From Nitrosopumilus sp. (lineage in GTDB: Archaea; Thermoproteota; Nitrososphaeria; Nitrososphaerales; Nitrosopumilaceae), in contig OZ245003.1 in assembly GCA_965223425.1 (NCBI GenBank), positions 672,001 through 736,000 of the forward strand: 64,000 nt of DNA, in the 5' to 3' direction. The notes under the pieces were generated by a model. That model made no database searches, was not told the origin of the DNA, and worked only from the letters and a program-made list of their open reading frames with translations. Positions within the stretch are counted from its first letter, which is position 1. The number at the start of each line of letters is the position of its first letter. This document shows positions 1 through 11,087 of this stretch, piece by piece. The translations under genes were made by a program, and so were the position numbers.

Positions 1-546
1 CATAGTACTGGAAACTTTTCTGAAGCAAAATTTGGTGGAAATGACAGACAAATTGCAATTCCTCATCCGTCTCTTCAAAAAGCATATCTACAAACTTTAA
101 AGAAAAACCAACCTAAATTCTCAGAATTTCAAATTACTATTGAAGCTACACATCATGGACCTACTGCTTTAACCAAGCCCTCAATTTTCATTGAAATAGG
201 CACCACCGAAAAACAATGGAATGATGTATCTTTATGCAACTCAGTTGCGTCTTTAGTTCATCAAGTAATGGCGCAACCAATTGAGGAAGACCCCGTAGCC
301 ATTTGTTTTGGCGGAACTCATTATCCTTCAAAATTTACTAATGAATTACTTGATGGAAAATTTGCCCTTGGAACTGTAATACCAAAGCATGCATTAGATG
401 ATCTAGATGAAAAATTATTTTCTCAGATTATCAAACAGAATAGTATGGCAAAAGCTGCTCTTTTAGATTGGGGCGGATTAGGATCCAATAAGCAAAAAGT
501 ACTTAACTATCTTGAATCCACAGAATTAGAGGTCATCAAACTTTGA
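1..546 (+). CDS. dtdA: D-aminoacyl-tRNA deacylase (DtdA/GEK1 type), 5' end outside window
   Basis: Frame 1 open from base 1: HSTGNFSEAKFGG...TIEATHHGPT...FIEIGT...FGGTHY motifs. Confidence 0.85.
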   Translation, partial: HSTGNFSEAKFGGNDRQIAIPHPSLQKAYLQTLKKNQPKFSEFQITIEATHHGPTALTKPSIFIEIGTTEKQWNDVSLCNSVASLVHQVMAQPIEEDPVAICFGGTHYPSKFTNELLDGKFALGTVIPKHALDDLDEKLFSQIIKQNSMAKAALLDWGGLGSNKQKVLNYLESTELEVIKL

Positions 547-842
547 ATCTTGAACAAAAAGTTTACAAAAAATTACTAGATGTGCCAAAAGGTCAAATCA
601 CCACTTATGGTGAATTGGCAAAAGCTGTGGGATTAAAAAATGGTCAGCGAGTTGTTGGAAAAATTATGAACAAGAACCCTTACCCTGTGATTGTTCCATG
701 TCATAGAGTTGTAATGTCTACTGGAAAAATTGGCGGTTATGCCTATGGAGAACATATCAAAACAAAATTGCTAAACGACGAGGGCATTCAAATTAAAAAT
801 GGTAAAATTTTAGATCAGGAAAAACGAATATACCGATTCTAG
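543..842 (+). CDS. ogt: Methylated-DNA--protein-cysteine methyltransferase (MGMT family)
   Basis: TYGELA...NPYPVIVPCHRVV active-site motif. Confidence 0.9.
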   Translation: MNLEQKVYKKLLDVPKGQITTYGELAKAVGLKNGQRVVGKIMNKNPYPVIVPCHRVVMSTGKIGGYAYGEHIKTKLLNDEGIQIKNGKILDQEKRIYRF

Positions 843-848
843 CTATAG

Positions 849-1301
849 CTAACTTCTTTTTGCTTTAATTTCTTCCATCAATGTTCTAAGATGTGCTTTG
901 TTTCTAACAGTATTTCCGCCAACTTTTTTGTATAATGCCCAAAATTCTGGATTTGTTAAATCTTTTCTGTCTTTTGCAATCTTTAGCAATCGTCTTAATG
1001 AGCGAACCTTAGCAACGTATACTTGTTTTTTACCTACCCGCGCCCCTTTTCTGCCTTGTTTTGAGCCTTGAGTTGTACCTCTTTTGTTCTTTTGAGCTTT
1101 CTTTCTTTGTGCCCTGCCTCTGGACGTACCTACAAATGACTTGATTTTGATTGTATTTGCCGTAATTAGACTTCTGATATTTTCTCTTGTGATTGCATCT
1201 GCAACATCATCTAGATGATCAGCGTCAAATTTTATTCTATGGACACCAACCCCGGTAACCCTGGATGCTAGTCTTTTCTTAGCTTTAAGGTTTACTACCA
1301 C
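849..1301 (-). CDS. rpl19e: 50S ribosomal protein L19e
   Basis: NLKAKKRLASRV...DAITRENIRSLI...SRGRA...GSKQGRKGAR. Confidence 0.95.
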   Translation of the reverse strand: MVVNLKAKKRLASRVTGVGVHRIKFDADHLDDVADAITRENIRSLITANTIKIKSFVGTSRGRAQRKKAQKNKRGTTQGSKQGRKGARVGKKQVYVAKVRSLRRLLKIAKDRKDLTNPEFWALYKKVGGNTVRNKAHLRTLMEEIKAKRS

Positions 1302-1689
1302 TTGCGCTCACCCTTGCGTTAAAAATTTTGAATTTACTTTCTACTGCTTTGGCAACAATTTCTTTTCTTTTTTTAGTGCCAACACCGTGTGCAAATCTAA
1401 TGCCGTCTTTTTTTGGATCTAATTTTTCTAAATCTGTTAAATTGTAAACTAAATTGTCTGTAAATCCTGAAGGATGCAACCCTCTTGCTTCTTTTGGTCC
1501 TCCATATCCAACTTTAACTAATCCTGGACGGCCTCTGCTCTTTTGTTTTCTCTGATGATGATCAATACCCTTTGGCTTTCTCCAATTAGTTTGCAGTCTA
1601 ACATAACGCCAACTCTCTGGTCTGACAAATTCAGGATTGTGTTCTTTTACTTCCTGCCTCTTTGCAAGTTTATCTTTATTGATTGACAT
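1285..1689 (-). CDS. rpl32e: 50S ribosomal protein L32e
   Basis: PEFVRPESWRYVRL...WRKPKGID...RGLHPSG; start trimmed to MSINKD. Confidence 0.95.
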   Translation of the reverse strand: MSINKDKLAKRQEVKEHNPEFVRPESWRYVRLQTNWRKPKGIDHHQRKQKSRGRPGLVKVGYGGPKEARGLHPSGFTDNLVYNLTDLEKLDPKKDGIRFAHGVGTKKRKEIVAKAVESKFKIFNARVSASGSKP

Positions 1690-1886
1690 CATAGTGGCTC
1701 TTGAATTTTGAAATAAATACGTTCCTAGACTAGAAAAAATTTCAGATAGGAAAGAGATAATAAGGAAATTCAAGGCGGATCGAAATATCTCATGACCGAG
1801 CCTGAGATTGTTAAAATAAATTTTGGAGGTCTGACCCTCTGACCCAAGTTGTAGGTACAGCTGTAACTGACAAATTTTCATCACAA

Positions 1887-3443
1887 TTGACAACATTTGG
1901 AATCAATCCTTCAAAAGTTCACAGAAACCTCAGTGTGGATGAAATGGTATCCATATCCGTTGATAGAAACGAGGGCGTTGTAAATTCGACAGGATCCCTT
2001 TCTGTAAATACTGGAAAATATACTGGCAGATCCCCTGATGACCGCTTTATTGTGTATGATGACAAAACCCATGATGCTGTTGATTGGGGAAAAATCAACC
2101 ATCAATTCCCAAGTGGTAAATTTGAAAAGTTGCTTGAAAAAATGAAAAACTTTGTTGATGACAAAGAACTCTTTGTCTTTGACGGTTTTGTGGGAGCTGA
2201 TCCGGAAACTCGTTTGCCAATCAGAGTGATCAATGATCATGTTTGGCAAAATATGTTTTCTGGTAACTTGTTTATTCGACCCGCTAATGAAGAACTAGAA
2301 AACCATGAACCTGAATTTACTATTTTATGCGTTAATGACTTTAAGGCAGTGCCAGAAATTGATGGAACCAGAACTGATGTCTTTATTCTAATTGATTTAA
2401 CGAGAAAGATTGTTTTGATTGGAGGAACCGAATATGCAGGTGAAATGAAAAAATCAATGTTTAGCGTAATGAATTTTCTGTTACCAGATCGTGGAATTTT
2501 TCCAATGCACTGTTCTGCTAATATTGGTGAAAAAGGTGACACTGCATTATTTTTTGGACTGTCTGGTACTGGTAAGACTACTCTTTCAGCGGATCCTAAC
2601 AGAAGACTGATTGGTGATGACGAACATGGTTGGTCTGATAATGGAACATTTAATTTTGAAGGCGGCTGCTATGCAAAATGCATCAATCTTAGTCAAGAAG
2701 CAGAACCTGAAATATGGAATGCAATTAAATCCGGCGCACTTTTAGAAAATGTTGTCCTAAAGGATAACATTCCAGACTATGACGATAACAGCTTGACAGA
2801 AAACACTCGTGTTGGATACCCGTTAGGTTACATTCCCGGTGCAGTGATTCCAAGTGTTGGTGGAAATCCTAGAGTTATTGTATTTTTGACTGCAGATGCG
2901 TTGGGTGTTTTACCTCCAGTCTCTAGACTCACAAAAGAGGGTGCAATGTATCACTTTATGTCCGGCTATACCAGTAAATTGGCAGGAACTGAAAGGGGAA
3001 TTAAAGAACCCAAATCCGTATTTTCGCAGTGTTTTGGAGCACCATTCATGCCCAGACCTGCTTCAGTTTATGCAAAACTGTTAGGAGAAAAAATCAACCA
3101 GCACAACACTGTAGTCTATCTCATCAACACCGGGTGGTCCGGTGGCCCATATGGAGTTGGAAAAAGAATCAAGATCAAGTACAGCCGGGCTATGGTGACT
3201 GCGGCGCTTTCAGGAGCACTTGATATTGTAAAGTATAGCCACAATGATTTGTTTAATTTGGATATCCCTGCAGAAGTTGGCGGGGTTCCTTCTGATATTT
3301 TGGATCCAAAAAATACTTGGATTGACAAGGATTCGTATGATCTTTCTGCAAAAAAATTAGCCCAGATGTTTGTTGAAAATTTTGCAAAGTTTGAAAATAT
3401 TTCACCTGAAATAATTAACGCTGGCCCTAAATCTGCACAATAA
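1887..3443 (+). CDS. pckA: Phosphoenolpyruvate carboxykinase (ATP)
   Basis: TGKYTGRSP, YAGEMKK, GLSGTGKTTLS, LIGDDEHGW, NFEGGCYAK. Confidence 0.97.
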   Translation: MTTFGINPSKVHRNLSVDEMVSISVDRNEGVVNSTGSLSVNTGKYTGRSPDDRFIVYDDKTHDAVDWGKINHQFPSGKFEKLLEKMKNFVDDKELFVFDGFVGADPETRLPIRVINDHVWQNMFSGNLFIRPANEELENHEPEFTILCVNDFKAVPEIDGTRTDVFILIDLTRKIVLIGGTEYAGEMKKSMFSVMNFLLPDRGIFPMHCSANIGEKGDTALFFGLSGTGKTTLSADPNRRLIGDDEHGWSDNGTFNFEGGCYAKCINLSQEAEPEIWNAIKSGALLENVVLKDNIPDYDDNSLTENTRVGYPLGYIPGAVIPSVGGNPRVIVFLTADALGVLPPVSRLTKEGAMYHFMSGYTSKLAGTERGIKEPKSVFSQCFGAPFMPRPASVYAKLLGEKINQHNTVVYLINTGWSGGPYGVGKRIKIKYSRAMVTAALSGALDIVKYSHNDLFNLDIPAEVGGVPSDILDPKNTWIDKDSYDLSAKKLAQMFVENFAKFENISPEIINAGPKSAQ

Positions 3444-3444
3444 T

Positions 3445-5472
3445 CTACTTTCTTTTGATAAATCCGACCATGCTTACTATTATTATGATTCCTGCAATTA
3501 TTCCAATCTGTTTTTCTGGAACATCTAATATTTCTAATCTTTGAGAATTTTCTGGAAGAGAGTTAATTTCAATCGTATTAAACGCATTTGATACACTTCC
3601 ATTAGTCCTAATTTTAGCATTTATCCAGTATTCGGCGTTTTCGTAAATTTTTGTTGCCGCTATTTTACTTGGCGTTGCAGTCGTTATGTCTGTCTTTCCA
3701 TCCCTGCTATTTGTTACTGAAATTTTTGCAAAATCCCACCCTTCTGGATGATAAATTTCAAAGACAAGTTTTTGACTATTCTGGATTACAGAAATTGAAC
3801 CTGGTGTATAATGTAGTAAGAATGGAATTATATATGACGTATCGCCATGATTTACAATTATTTTTCCTTCATGCTCCCCGAAATTCTCTTCAAGCATGTT
3901 CATTTTGACCTGTAAGGTATTTTTTTCAATAGCATGTGCAAATTTTATGAATTTTGGCCCTTCGAATTTCACATCAATATCGTCCAATGCACCGCCAATC
4001 AATTTTAACGCAAATTGTTTTTCAGCGGCTCGATCATTTGATGACAAGTTCACCACAAAATTTGGTGGTGTAATGATCAGTTTTGCGCCATACGCATTGC
4101 CAATGTCTAATCTTCCTGCACCTGATTCATGAACTGAAAATTCCTGACCATAGGCGTCAGAAACAGGCTCAGATGTCGTGAGTAGCAGTGATTTAATTTC
4201 ATGATGATGCAGTTCAGGATTTTTTTGAAGTAATAATGCCGCTGCACCTGAAACGTGTGGTGCAGCATAACTGGTTCCGCTAGTAAAGTCATATCCTGCA
4301 TTGTTTTGTGTAGAATTGATATATGCGCCAGGTGCTACAATTTCTGGTTTTAGATAAAATGGTGATACTGGTCCCCTAGAACTAAAATGTGCTACAAAGT
4401 CTGGATTGTAAAACAAATGCAGGCTTGCTTCATTACCGTTTTTCATTGAATCTGTGATTTGAAGCCCCTCTTTTCTGTCTATGGATACAACTGGAATCTG
4501 CGGTTTGTATCCCGGTTCTATAAACTCGTGAATTAGCTCACCTAAGAAAATACCTGGTTCATTGTTGTAAACAATCAAGGCTTTAGCTCCTGCAGTTGCT
4601 GCATTTTTTTCTTTGATTGAAAAATACAATAATTCCCCTTCAACGTCACTTCCCCTTTCAACAATTAGTATTGCGTCTTTAACATCAAGTTCTTTCAGGT
4701 TCTCAATTTTTCCATAACCTCCAAAAATTATTTTGCCTGTGATTGGCTCTTCTAGTTTTGTAGAGCCCACCATTGGAATTATGGTATATGGCTTTTCATC
4801 TACCTCTAATGTTGCAACCAAACTAGAAGTCAGGTTGTTGTACGTTGCGCCAACTGTAACTGAGCCAAAATTTCTACCTGGGCTGCCAATTGTCTTAAAA
4901 TTTGGCCCGTCGTTACCTGCGGCAGTTACTACAAAAATTTCTTTTTCTAATGCGTGATTTATTGCCCGCTCAATCTTGGTGTTTGTTTTGTTGACCCCTA
5001 AACTAATGTTGATAATGTCTGCTCCGTCTTCTACAGCTTTTTCAACAGCTCTGGTGATTAATTCTGATGATACCCCCTCCCCGTCTTCTGAAACTTTGTA
5101 AGCAAGAATTTTTGCCTTGGGTGCTATTCCAACTGCTTGTCCATCAGCTGCAATTACACCTGCGACTTGGGTACCGTGACCATTTGTGTCCATAGGAGGC
5201 TGACCCTCCTGTATGAAATTGTATCCGCCCACCACTTTTCCATCAGGACCCCATCCAAAAAGATCTGGGTGATTAAAGTCCACCCCCGTATCAATTACTG
5301 CTATCTTAATTCCGGTTCCGTCAATTCCATCCATCCTTGGAATATCGGTTCCAACGTATGGAACGCTTCTCTCAAGATATGTCTGAATTTCGTTTTCAGG
5401 TTGTAAGGGTTGAGATAAAACAAATCCTGCCAAAAATACCGCTATCAAAGAAAAAATTACTAAGAATTTCAC
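3445..5472 (-). CDS. Secreted S8 subtilisin-like serine protease with PA domain and C-terminal membrane anchor
   Basis: Signal peptide; VIDTG, HGTQVAG, SGTSYAAPHV triad motifs; hydrophobic C-terminus. Confidence 0.9.
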   Translation of the reverse strand: MKFLVIFSLIAVFLAGFVLSQPLQPENEIQTYLERSVPYVGTDIPRMDGIDGTGIKIAVIDTGVDFNHPDLFGWGPDGKVVGGYNFIQEGQPPMDTNGHGTQVAGVIAADGQAVGIAPKAKILAYKVSEDGEGVSSELITRAVEKAVEDGADIINISLGVNKTNTKIERAINHALEKEIFVVTAAGNDGPNFKTIGSPGRNFGSVTVGATYNNLTSSLVATLEVDEKPYTIIPMVGSTKLEEPITGKIIFGGYGKIENLKELDVKDAILIVERGSDVEGELLYFSIKEKNAATAGAKALIVYNNEPGIFLGELIHEFIEPGYKPQIPVVSIDRKEGLQITDSMKNGNEASLHLFYNPDFVAHFSSRGPVSPFYLKPEIVAPGAYINSTQNNAGYDFTSGTSYAAPHVSGAAALLLQKNPELHHHEIKSLLLTTSEPVSDAYGQEFSVHESGAGRLDIGNAYGAKLIITPPNFVVNLSSNDRAAEKQFALKLIGGALDDIDVKFEGPKFIKFAHAIEKNTLQVKMNMLEENFGEHEGKIIVNHGDTSYIIPFLLHYTPGSISVIQNSQKLVFEIYHPEGWDFAKISVTNSRDGKTDITTATPSKIAATKIYENAEYWINAKIRTNGSVSNAFNTIEINSLPENSQRLEILDVPEKQIGIIAGIIIIVSMVGFIKRK

Positions 5473-5550
5473 AAATTTTCTAACTATTTTAACAAGTAAA
5501 AATGAATTGCTTGCTAAAGCAATAAATTGAATAAATTTTCCAAAGAATTC

Positions 5551-6171
5551 ATGGGAAAATACACACTTCCTGAAATGCCATATGCTTATGATGCATTAGA
5601 ACCTCACATTGACGCAAGAACAATGGAGATTCATCATACAAAACATCATCAAACATACACTGACAAACTAAATGCAGCTCTTGAAACATGTCCTGCTGAG
5701 ATTCAAGAAAAAGATATCATTGACATTTTGTCTGATATTAACTCAGTACCAGAAGACAAAAGAGGTGCAATTAATTTCAACGGTGGTGGTTATGATAACC
5801 ATAGGCTATTTTGGAATAACATGAAAGCAAATGGAGGCGGAGAACCTGGAGGATCAATTGCTGATGCAATTAACGATTCTTTTGGAAGCTTCTCTGACTT
5901 TAAAGAGAAATTTTCATCCACTACAGCAGTAATTCAAGGCAGTGGTTGGGGATGGTTAGTATACAATCCTTCTTCAGGAAAGGTTGAGTACAAATCAATG
6001 CCAAACCAAACTAGTCCAAGAACAGAAGGATTGGTGCCGTTATTAGGCTGTGATGTATGGGAGCATGCATACTATCTCAACTATCAAAACAAGAGACCTG
6101 TCTATATCGAAGCATGGTGGAATGTAGTTAATTGGGATGAAGTAGAAGATAGATTCTCAAAAGCAAAATAA
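5551..6171 (+). CDS. sod: Fe/Mn superoxide dismutase
   Basis: YDALEPHID...HHTKHHQTY...DVWEHAYY. Confidence 0.97.
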   Translation: MGKYTLPEMPYAYDALEPHIDARTMEIHHTKHHQTYTDKLNAALETCPAEIQEKDIIDILSDINSVPEDKRGAINFNGGGYDNHRLFWNNMKANGGGEPGGSIADAINDSFGSFSDFKEKFSSTTAVIQGSGWGWLVYNPSSGKVEYKSMPNQTSPRTEGLVPLLGCDVWEHAYYLNYQNKRPVYIEAWWNVVNWDEVEDRFSKAK

Positions 6172-6259
6172 AGTTTTAATCTTTATTTTTTTTTATTTAT
6201 TTTTCATTATCCATATTTTATGAATGAATTTATAACCATCCGTGAAAGGCTTGTTGTAA

Positions 6260-6685
6260 ATGAGCGAAGAACAGGCACAGCAATTAATGCAGCAAATGCA
6301 AATGCTTGAAACATATTTTTCTGATCTATCCCAAAGAGAGGGAACTTTTCTCAATGTTTTAAGAGAGGCAACTGCTGCAATTGAATCAATCAAATCTCTT
6401 AATCAGGAATCTGACTCTGATACTCTTGTTCCAATTGGAATGGGAACATATGTTCCTACAAAAATTTCATCTGCTAACAAAATTATTTTGAATATCGGTG
6501 CGGGAGTTGCTGTGGAAAAAGACTTTCCTTCAACCATCAACTATCTTGAAGCACGAATTAAAGAAATTGAAGTTGCTCTACAAGATACTGCTGCAAAAAA
6601 ACAAGATGCTGCAGCACGATTAGAGCAAGGAAAAGGACAAATTAATCAATTAATGCAAGCTGAATCACAACCAAAATCGGGATAA
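6260..6685 (+). CDS. pfdA: Prefoldin subunit alpha
   Basis: Coiled coils flanking LVPIGMG / [12 protein letters not shown] hairpins; upstream of ftsY. Confidence 0.9.
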   Translation: MSEEQAQQLMQQMQMLETYFSDLSQREGTFLNVLREATAAIESIKSLNQESDSDTLVPIGMGTYVPTKISSANKIILNIGAGVAVEKDFPSTINYLEARIKEIEVALQDTAAKKQDAAARLEQGKGQINQLMQAESQPKSG

Positions 6686-6687
6686 AC

Positions 6688-8043
6688 ATGTTTGATAATC
6701 TTCGTAATGCATTTTCTAATGCAGCGAAAAGTCTTGGTGAGAAAGAGCTTAATGAAAAAGATATTGAGGATATTCTTTTTGAATTAGAGCTTTCTCTTTT
6801 AGAATCTGATGTCGCAGGGGAAGTTATTGATGCAATCAAATCTGATTTAAAAACAAAATTACTTGGTTCAAAAATCAACAAACATGAGATTGAAAAATTT
6901 GTTAAAGATAGTTTGATTTCAAATGTTTCTGCCCTGTTTGATGATGCAGGAAAAATTAACCTTTTTGACAAAATTAATGAAAAAAAGAAACGAGAACAGC
7001 CGTTTTTGATTTTATTTGTTGGAATTAACGGAACTGGAAAAACTACTTCTTTAGCCAAAGTTGCATATATGTTACAGCAGGCAAAATATTCTGTTGTTGT
7101 CGCAGCATCTGATACTTTTAGAGCTGGTGCCATAGAACAATTACGTGAACATACTAAACGTCTAAACCTGAAACTTGTTGCACAGAATTATAATTCAGAT
7201 CCTGCTGCTGTTGCTAGGGATGCAGTATTGTATGCAAAATCTCACAAAACAGATTGTGTGTTGATTGATACTGCAGGTAGAATGCAGACAAGCAAAAATT
7301 TGATGGAGCAAATTGAAAAAATTACCAAAGTTGTTAATCCTGACATGAAAATTTTTGTAGGTGATTCATTAGCCGGAAATGATACTGTTAATCAGGCACG
7401 TGAATTCTTTGAACATGTTAAATTTGATGCTTCTATTTTGACTAAAAGTGATGCAGATGCACGAGGGGGAGCTGCCTTATCAATTGTTAAAGTCACTTCT
7501 ACTCCTGTAATTTATGTTGGAGTTGGACAAGAATACTCTGATCTAAAACCTTTTGATAAGACAACTTTTCTGGAAACTGTTTTTGGTTCTTTAGATGATG
7601 TCGATGTAAAGAAAGCAGATGAACCAGAACCGACACCAGAACCGACACCAGAACCGACACCAGAACCGACACCAGAACCGACACCAGAACCGACACCAGA
7701 ACCGACACCAGAACCGACACCAGAACCGACACCAGAACCGACACCAGAACCGACACCAGAACCGACACCAGAACCGACACCAGAACCGACACCAGAACCG
7801 ACACCAGAACCGACACCAGAACAAGATTCTTCTTCTGATGATCCGTTTGAGGGAATTAATGATGATGATATTACAACTTATTCAGAAGTATATGATATTC
7901 CTCCACCTGAAAATGATGATGAAGCAATCAAACTGGGAAACAAAATTCGTGAATGGATAAAAAATGGTCGACTTGGTGGGTCTAAAGATGAAGAAGAAAA
8001 CCCTAAAAAGCAACGAGGTAGGTTTGGATTCCTTAAGAAATGA
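6688..8043 (+). CDS. ftsY: SRP receptor FtsY with C-terminal (PEPT)n extension
   Basis: [28 protein letters not shown] motifs. Confidence 0.95.
   Translation: MFDNLRNAFSNAAKSLGEKELNEKDIEDILFELELSLLESDVAGEVIDAIKSDLKTKLLGSKINKHEIEKFVKDSLISNVSALFDDAGKINLFDKINEKKKREQPFLILFVGINGTGKTTSLAKVAYMLQQAKYSVVVAASDTFRAGAIEQLREHTKRLNLKLVAQNYNSDPAAVARDAVLYAKSHKTDCVLIDTAGRMQTSKNLMEQIEKITKVVNPDMKIFVGDSLAGNDTVNQAREFFEHVKFDASILTKSDADARGGAALSIVKVTSTPVIYVGVGQEYSDLKPFDKTTFLETVFGSLDDVDVKKADEPEPTPEPTPEPTPEPTPEPTPEPTPEPTPEPTPEPTPEPTPEPTPEPTPEPTPEPTPEPTPEPTPEQDSSSDDPFEGINDDDITTYSEVYDIPPPENDDEAIKLGNKIREWIKNGRLGGSKDEEENPKKQRGRFGFLKK
7624..7821 (+). repeat. Perfect 12-bp coding tandem repeat CCAGAACCGACA x16.5 (Pro-Glu-Pro-Thr)
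   Basis: Read directly from the sequence inside ftsY. Confidence 0.97.
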
Positions 8044-8954
8044 AACTTAAAACAAAAGATTTACTCACTTTAGCGGAATTAACCCCAAAGGAATTTGCAA
8101 ACTTGATAGATTATTCTATTAAACTAAAAAAGGAATTTCGAAAAAGTGGAAACAAGCCTATTTTAAAAAATAAAACATTAACCATGATTTTTCAAAAACC
8201 CTCTACTCGAACACGCGTTAGTTTTGAAATTGGAATGTATCAACTAGGAGGCTATGCAGTTAGTTTGTCTTCTAATGATATGCAACTGTCACGTGGTGAA
8301 TCTGTAGAGGATACGGCAAAAACCCTTTCGCGATATACTGATTGTATTATGGCACGTGTTTATGAACATGAATTGCTAGAAAAACTCTCTAAACATGCAA
8401 GCGTACCTGTGATTAACGGATTATCTGATACCTTTCATCCTTGCCAAATTTTGGCAGACTTTATGACAATTAAAGAAAAGAAAGGCAAGCTCAAAGGATT
8501 AAAGATTGCGTGGATAGGCGATGGAAATAACGTATGTAATTCCATGATTTATGGTGCTGCACTATCTGGAATTAAAATGTCGATTGCCACCCCAAAGGGA
8601 TTTGAACCTGATAAAATGACGGTTAAAGAATCAAAGAAATCAACTGATGTTGAATTGACTACTGATCCGTTTATTGCAACTAAAAATGCTGATGTAGTTG
8701 TTACTGACACTCATTCTTCAATTCATAACAACGATAAACAAAGAATCAAAAAATTCATTCCAAAATACCAAGTCAATTCCAAATTAATGAATAGTGCAAA
8801 GAGCAGTGCGATCTTTATGCACTGTCTCCCTGCCAAGAGAAAACAAGAAGTAACATCATCTGTAATCGATGGTTCTAAATCAGTTGTTTGGGATGAAGCA
8901 GAAAATCGTCTCCATACTCAAAAAGCATTACTTGCTGCTCTGATTCGCGCTTAA
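8040..8954 (+). CDS. argF: Ornithine carbamoyltransferase
   Basis: [29 protein letters not shown]. Confidence 0.95.
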   Translation: MKLKTKDLLTLAELTPKEFANLIDYSIKLKKEFRKSGNKPILKNKTLTMIFQKPSTRTRVSFEIGMYQLGGYAVSLSSNDMQLSRGESVEDTAKTLSRYTDCIMARVYEHELLEKLSKHASVPVINGLSDTFHPCQILADFMTIKEKKGKLKGLKIAWIGDGNNVCNSMIYGAALSGIKMSIATPKGFEPDKMTVKESKKSTDVELTTDPFIATKNADVVVTDTHSSIHNNDKQRIKKFIPKYQVNSKLMNSAKSSAIFMHCLPAKRKQEVTSSVIDGSKSVVWDEAENRLHTQKALLAALIRA

Positions 8955-8990
8955 CGTATATAAGAGCAGATTCAAACTCGGTTTCTATAG

Positions 8991-9473
8991 ATGGCTTATT
9001 CGAAAATATTGAGAAGGCTCAGAGAGGAAAAGACCAATTATAAAAAACGTGGAACCATGTTGATGGGAAAACGAGATTTTATCACTGTAAATATTTCTAA
9101 TGAAAATACTCTAGTCCAAATTCTCAAACCTGGCATGTCTGGAGACAAAGTTGTAGCCTCTGCCCATTCTAGATATCTTCTCGAAAAAGGATGGAAAGGT
9201 TCTAGAAAGAGCATTCCTGCAGCATATCTTACAGGATACTTGGCAGGTAAGAAAGCACTTGGTCAAGGCGCAAAGGATGCTATTCTTTATACCGGTACTA
9301 AAAAATATACACAAAGAATGGCTGCCGCACTAAAAGGAGTCATCGATGCTGGTGTTCAAGTACCAGCTAGTGAAGAAACATTTCCATCTGATGATAGAAT
9401 TAATGGAGAATACCTTACTGTTAAAAATGAAATTTCACAAATAAAATCTGGTATTGATAGCGAGGCTAAGTAG
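8991..9473 (+). CDS. rpl18: 50S ribosomal protein L18
   Basis: RRLREEKTNYKKR...PAAYLTGYL; first gene of L18-S5-L30-L15-secY. Confidence 0.93.
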   Translation: MAYSKILRRLREEKTNYKKRGTMLMGKRDFITVNISNENTLVQILKPGMSGDKVVASAHSRYLLEKGWKGSRKSIPAAYLTGYLAGKKALGQGAKDAILYTGTKKYTQRMAAALKGVIDAGVQVPASEETFPSDDRINGEYLTVKNEISQIKSGIDSEAK

Positions 9474-9475
9474 AA

Positions 9476-10186
9476 ATGAGTCAGACAACACAGTCTAGTC
9501 CACGAGGACGAGCAACTCCGACATATGGACGAGGTCCACCAGGACAATCTAAAGGAGGAAATGATCGTCCTAGAAGACCAAAACGAGAACCAGAACCGGA
9601 AGTCTGGATCCCAAAAACTATCTTGGGACAGAAAGTTTCATCAGGCGAAATTTCTTCTCTCGAGGAGATTATCGAGTCAGGATTAAGGATTCAGGAGGCA
9701 GGGATTATTAAAAAACTACTTCCAGATTTAAAAAGCGAAGTTGTTGATGTGGGGATTATTCAAAAAATGACTTCCAATGGCCAATCTACTAGGTTTAAAG
9801 CAATAGTTGCAGCTGGGAATGAAAACGGTTACTTGGGAATTGGTCAAGGAAAATCTAAACAGATGAGAATAGCTATTGAAAAAGCAACAAACCAGGCTTT
9901 TCTAAACGTCAACCCAATCAAACTAGGATGTGGTAGTTGGGAATGTAGATGTGATCAAAAACATTCCATTCCATTCAAGGTTAGAGGAAAAGGCGGAAGT
10001 GTTACAATTGAAATTATTCCAGCGCCTCGTGGACTTGGTTTAGTTGCTGGTGGTAAAATTAAACGATTATTGGAATTAGCAGGTCTTAAAGATGCATGGA
10101 CCACTGCAAAAGGTTCTACTCCTACAATGAATTCAACTTCAAAAGCTATCCTGGGTTGTCTTAGACAGACGTTTAGTCAGGGTTGA
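9476..10186 (+). CDS. rps5: 30S ribosomal protein S5
   Basis: WIPKTILG...GCGSWEC...PAPRGLGLVAG. Confidence 0.95.
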   Translation: MSQTTQSSPRGRATPTYGRGPPGQSKGGNDRPRRPKREPEPEVWIPKTILGQKVSSGEISSLEEIIESGLRIQEAGIIKKLLPDLKSEVVDVGIIQKMTSNGQSTRFKAIVAAGNENGYLGIGQGKSKQMRIAIEKATNQAFLNVNPIKLGCGSWECRCDQKHSIPFKVRGKGGSVTIEIIPAPRGLGLVAGGKIKRLLELAGLKDAWTTAKGSTPTMNSTSKAILGCLRQTFSQG

Positions 10187-10192
10187 TAAAAG

Positions 10193-10660
10193 ATGGCAAA
10201 CGCGTTTCTAGTAGTTAGAATCAAAGGTCAAGCCGATGTTCCTTATTGGGCAACCCATACTATGACTTTGTTAAAATTGGATAAAAAATACCGTGCCACA
10301 ATTTTACCTGCTAAAGAGAATACTTTGGGAATGCTAAAAAAAGTACAACACTATGTGTCTTGGATTGAACTTGATAGTACTCTGGCAAAAGAATTGATTG
10401 ACAAGAAAGCAAGAAAATCAGGCTATCAAAAAATAACTGCTGATGATTTGAAAGAACTTGGATTTGCAAGTTCTGATGAATTGGCAGCAGCATTAACTGA
10501 AGGCAAAGCCACTCTATCTAAATTAAAACCTCTAAAACCTTGGTTTGCTTTAGCACCTCCAAAACATGGATTCAAAAGAAGCACCAAGAAACTATATGGA
10601 CAAAAAGGTGTCCTTGGACAAAACAAAGAACTTGGTGATATGGTAAGGAGAATGATCTAA
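10193..10660 (+). CDS. rpl30: 50S ribosomal protein L30
   Basis: VVRIKG...GMLKKVQHYVSW...LAPPKHGF; operon position. Confidence 0.93.
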   Translation: MANAFLVVRIKGQADVPYWATHTMTLLKLDKKYRATILPAKENTLGMLKKVQHYVSWIELDSTLAKELIDKKARKSGYQKITADDLKELGFASSDELAAALTEGKATLSKLKPLKPWFALAPPKHGFKRSTKKLYGQKGVLGQNKELGDMVRRMI

Positions 10661-10661
10661 C

Positions 10662-11087
10662 ATGGCAACAAGATTAAGAAAGACCAGAAGACTTCGAGGA
10701 GGAAGACATATGGGATGGGGACAAGTAGGCCAGCATCGCGCAAGCGGGCATAAAGGCGGTCTTGGAATTACCGGTATGATGAAACACCACTATAGTACTC
10801 TGCTAAAAGAAGACCCGGATCATTATGGTCATGATAATCCTAAACCACCTTACCCAAATATTACAAAGAAATGGACTAGCGTCCGAGATCTAGATGACTT
10901 GTTCACCAAGTTCGGTAAAGAAGAGGGAGGGAAAAAAATCGTAGACCTTGAAAATGCGGGATACGAAAAACTCCTTGGCGGCGGAAAACTAACTAACGCT
11001 TATTCCGTCAAAGTACAACAATTTACTGCGTCTGCAGAAGAAAAACTAAAAGCTGTTGGGGGCGAGGTGCTGTCTGATAATGGCTGA
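10662..11087 (+). CDS. rpl15: 50S ribosomal protein L15
   Basis: RKTRRLRG...HRASGHKGG...KLLGGG...FTASAEEK. Confidence 0.95.
   Translation: MATRLRKTRRLRGGRHMGWGQVGQHRASGHKGGLGITGMMKHHYSTLLKEDPDHYGHDNPKPPYPNITKKWTSVRDLDDLFTKFGKEEGGKKIVDLENAGYEKLLGGGKLTNAYSVKVQQFTASAEEKLKAVGGEVLSDNG

Noticed and set aside
1690-1896. N-terminal extension of L32e given by the ORF track (similar extensions for SOD, secY, leuC, L13, rpoD, SBDS)
   Set aside because: Upstream alternative starts overlap promoters or neighbouring genes; family similarity begins at the downstream start
7499-7960. SVLV-, FWCR- and QNRH-repeat ORFs
   Set aside because: Other frames of the ftsY 12-bp repeat
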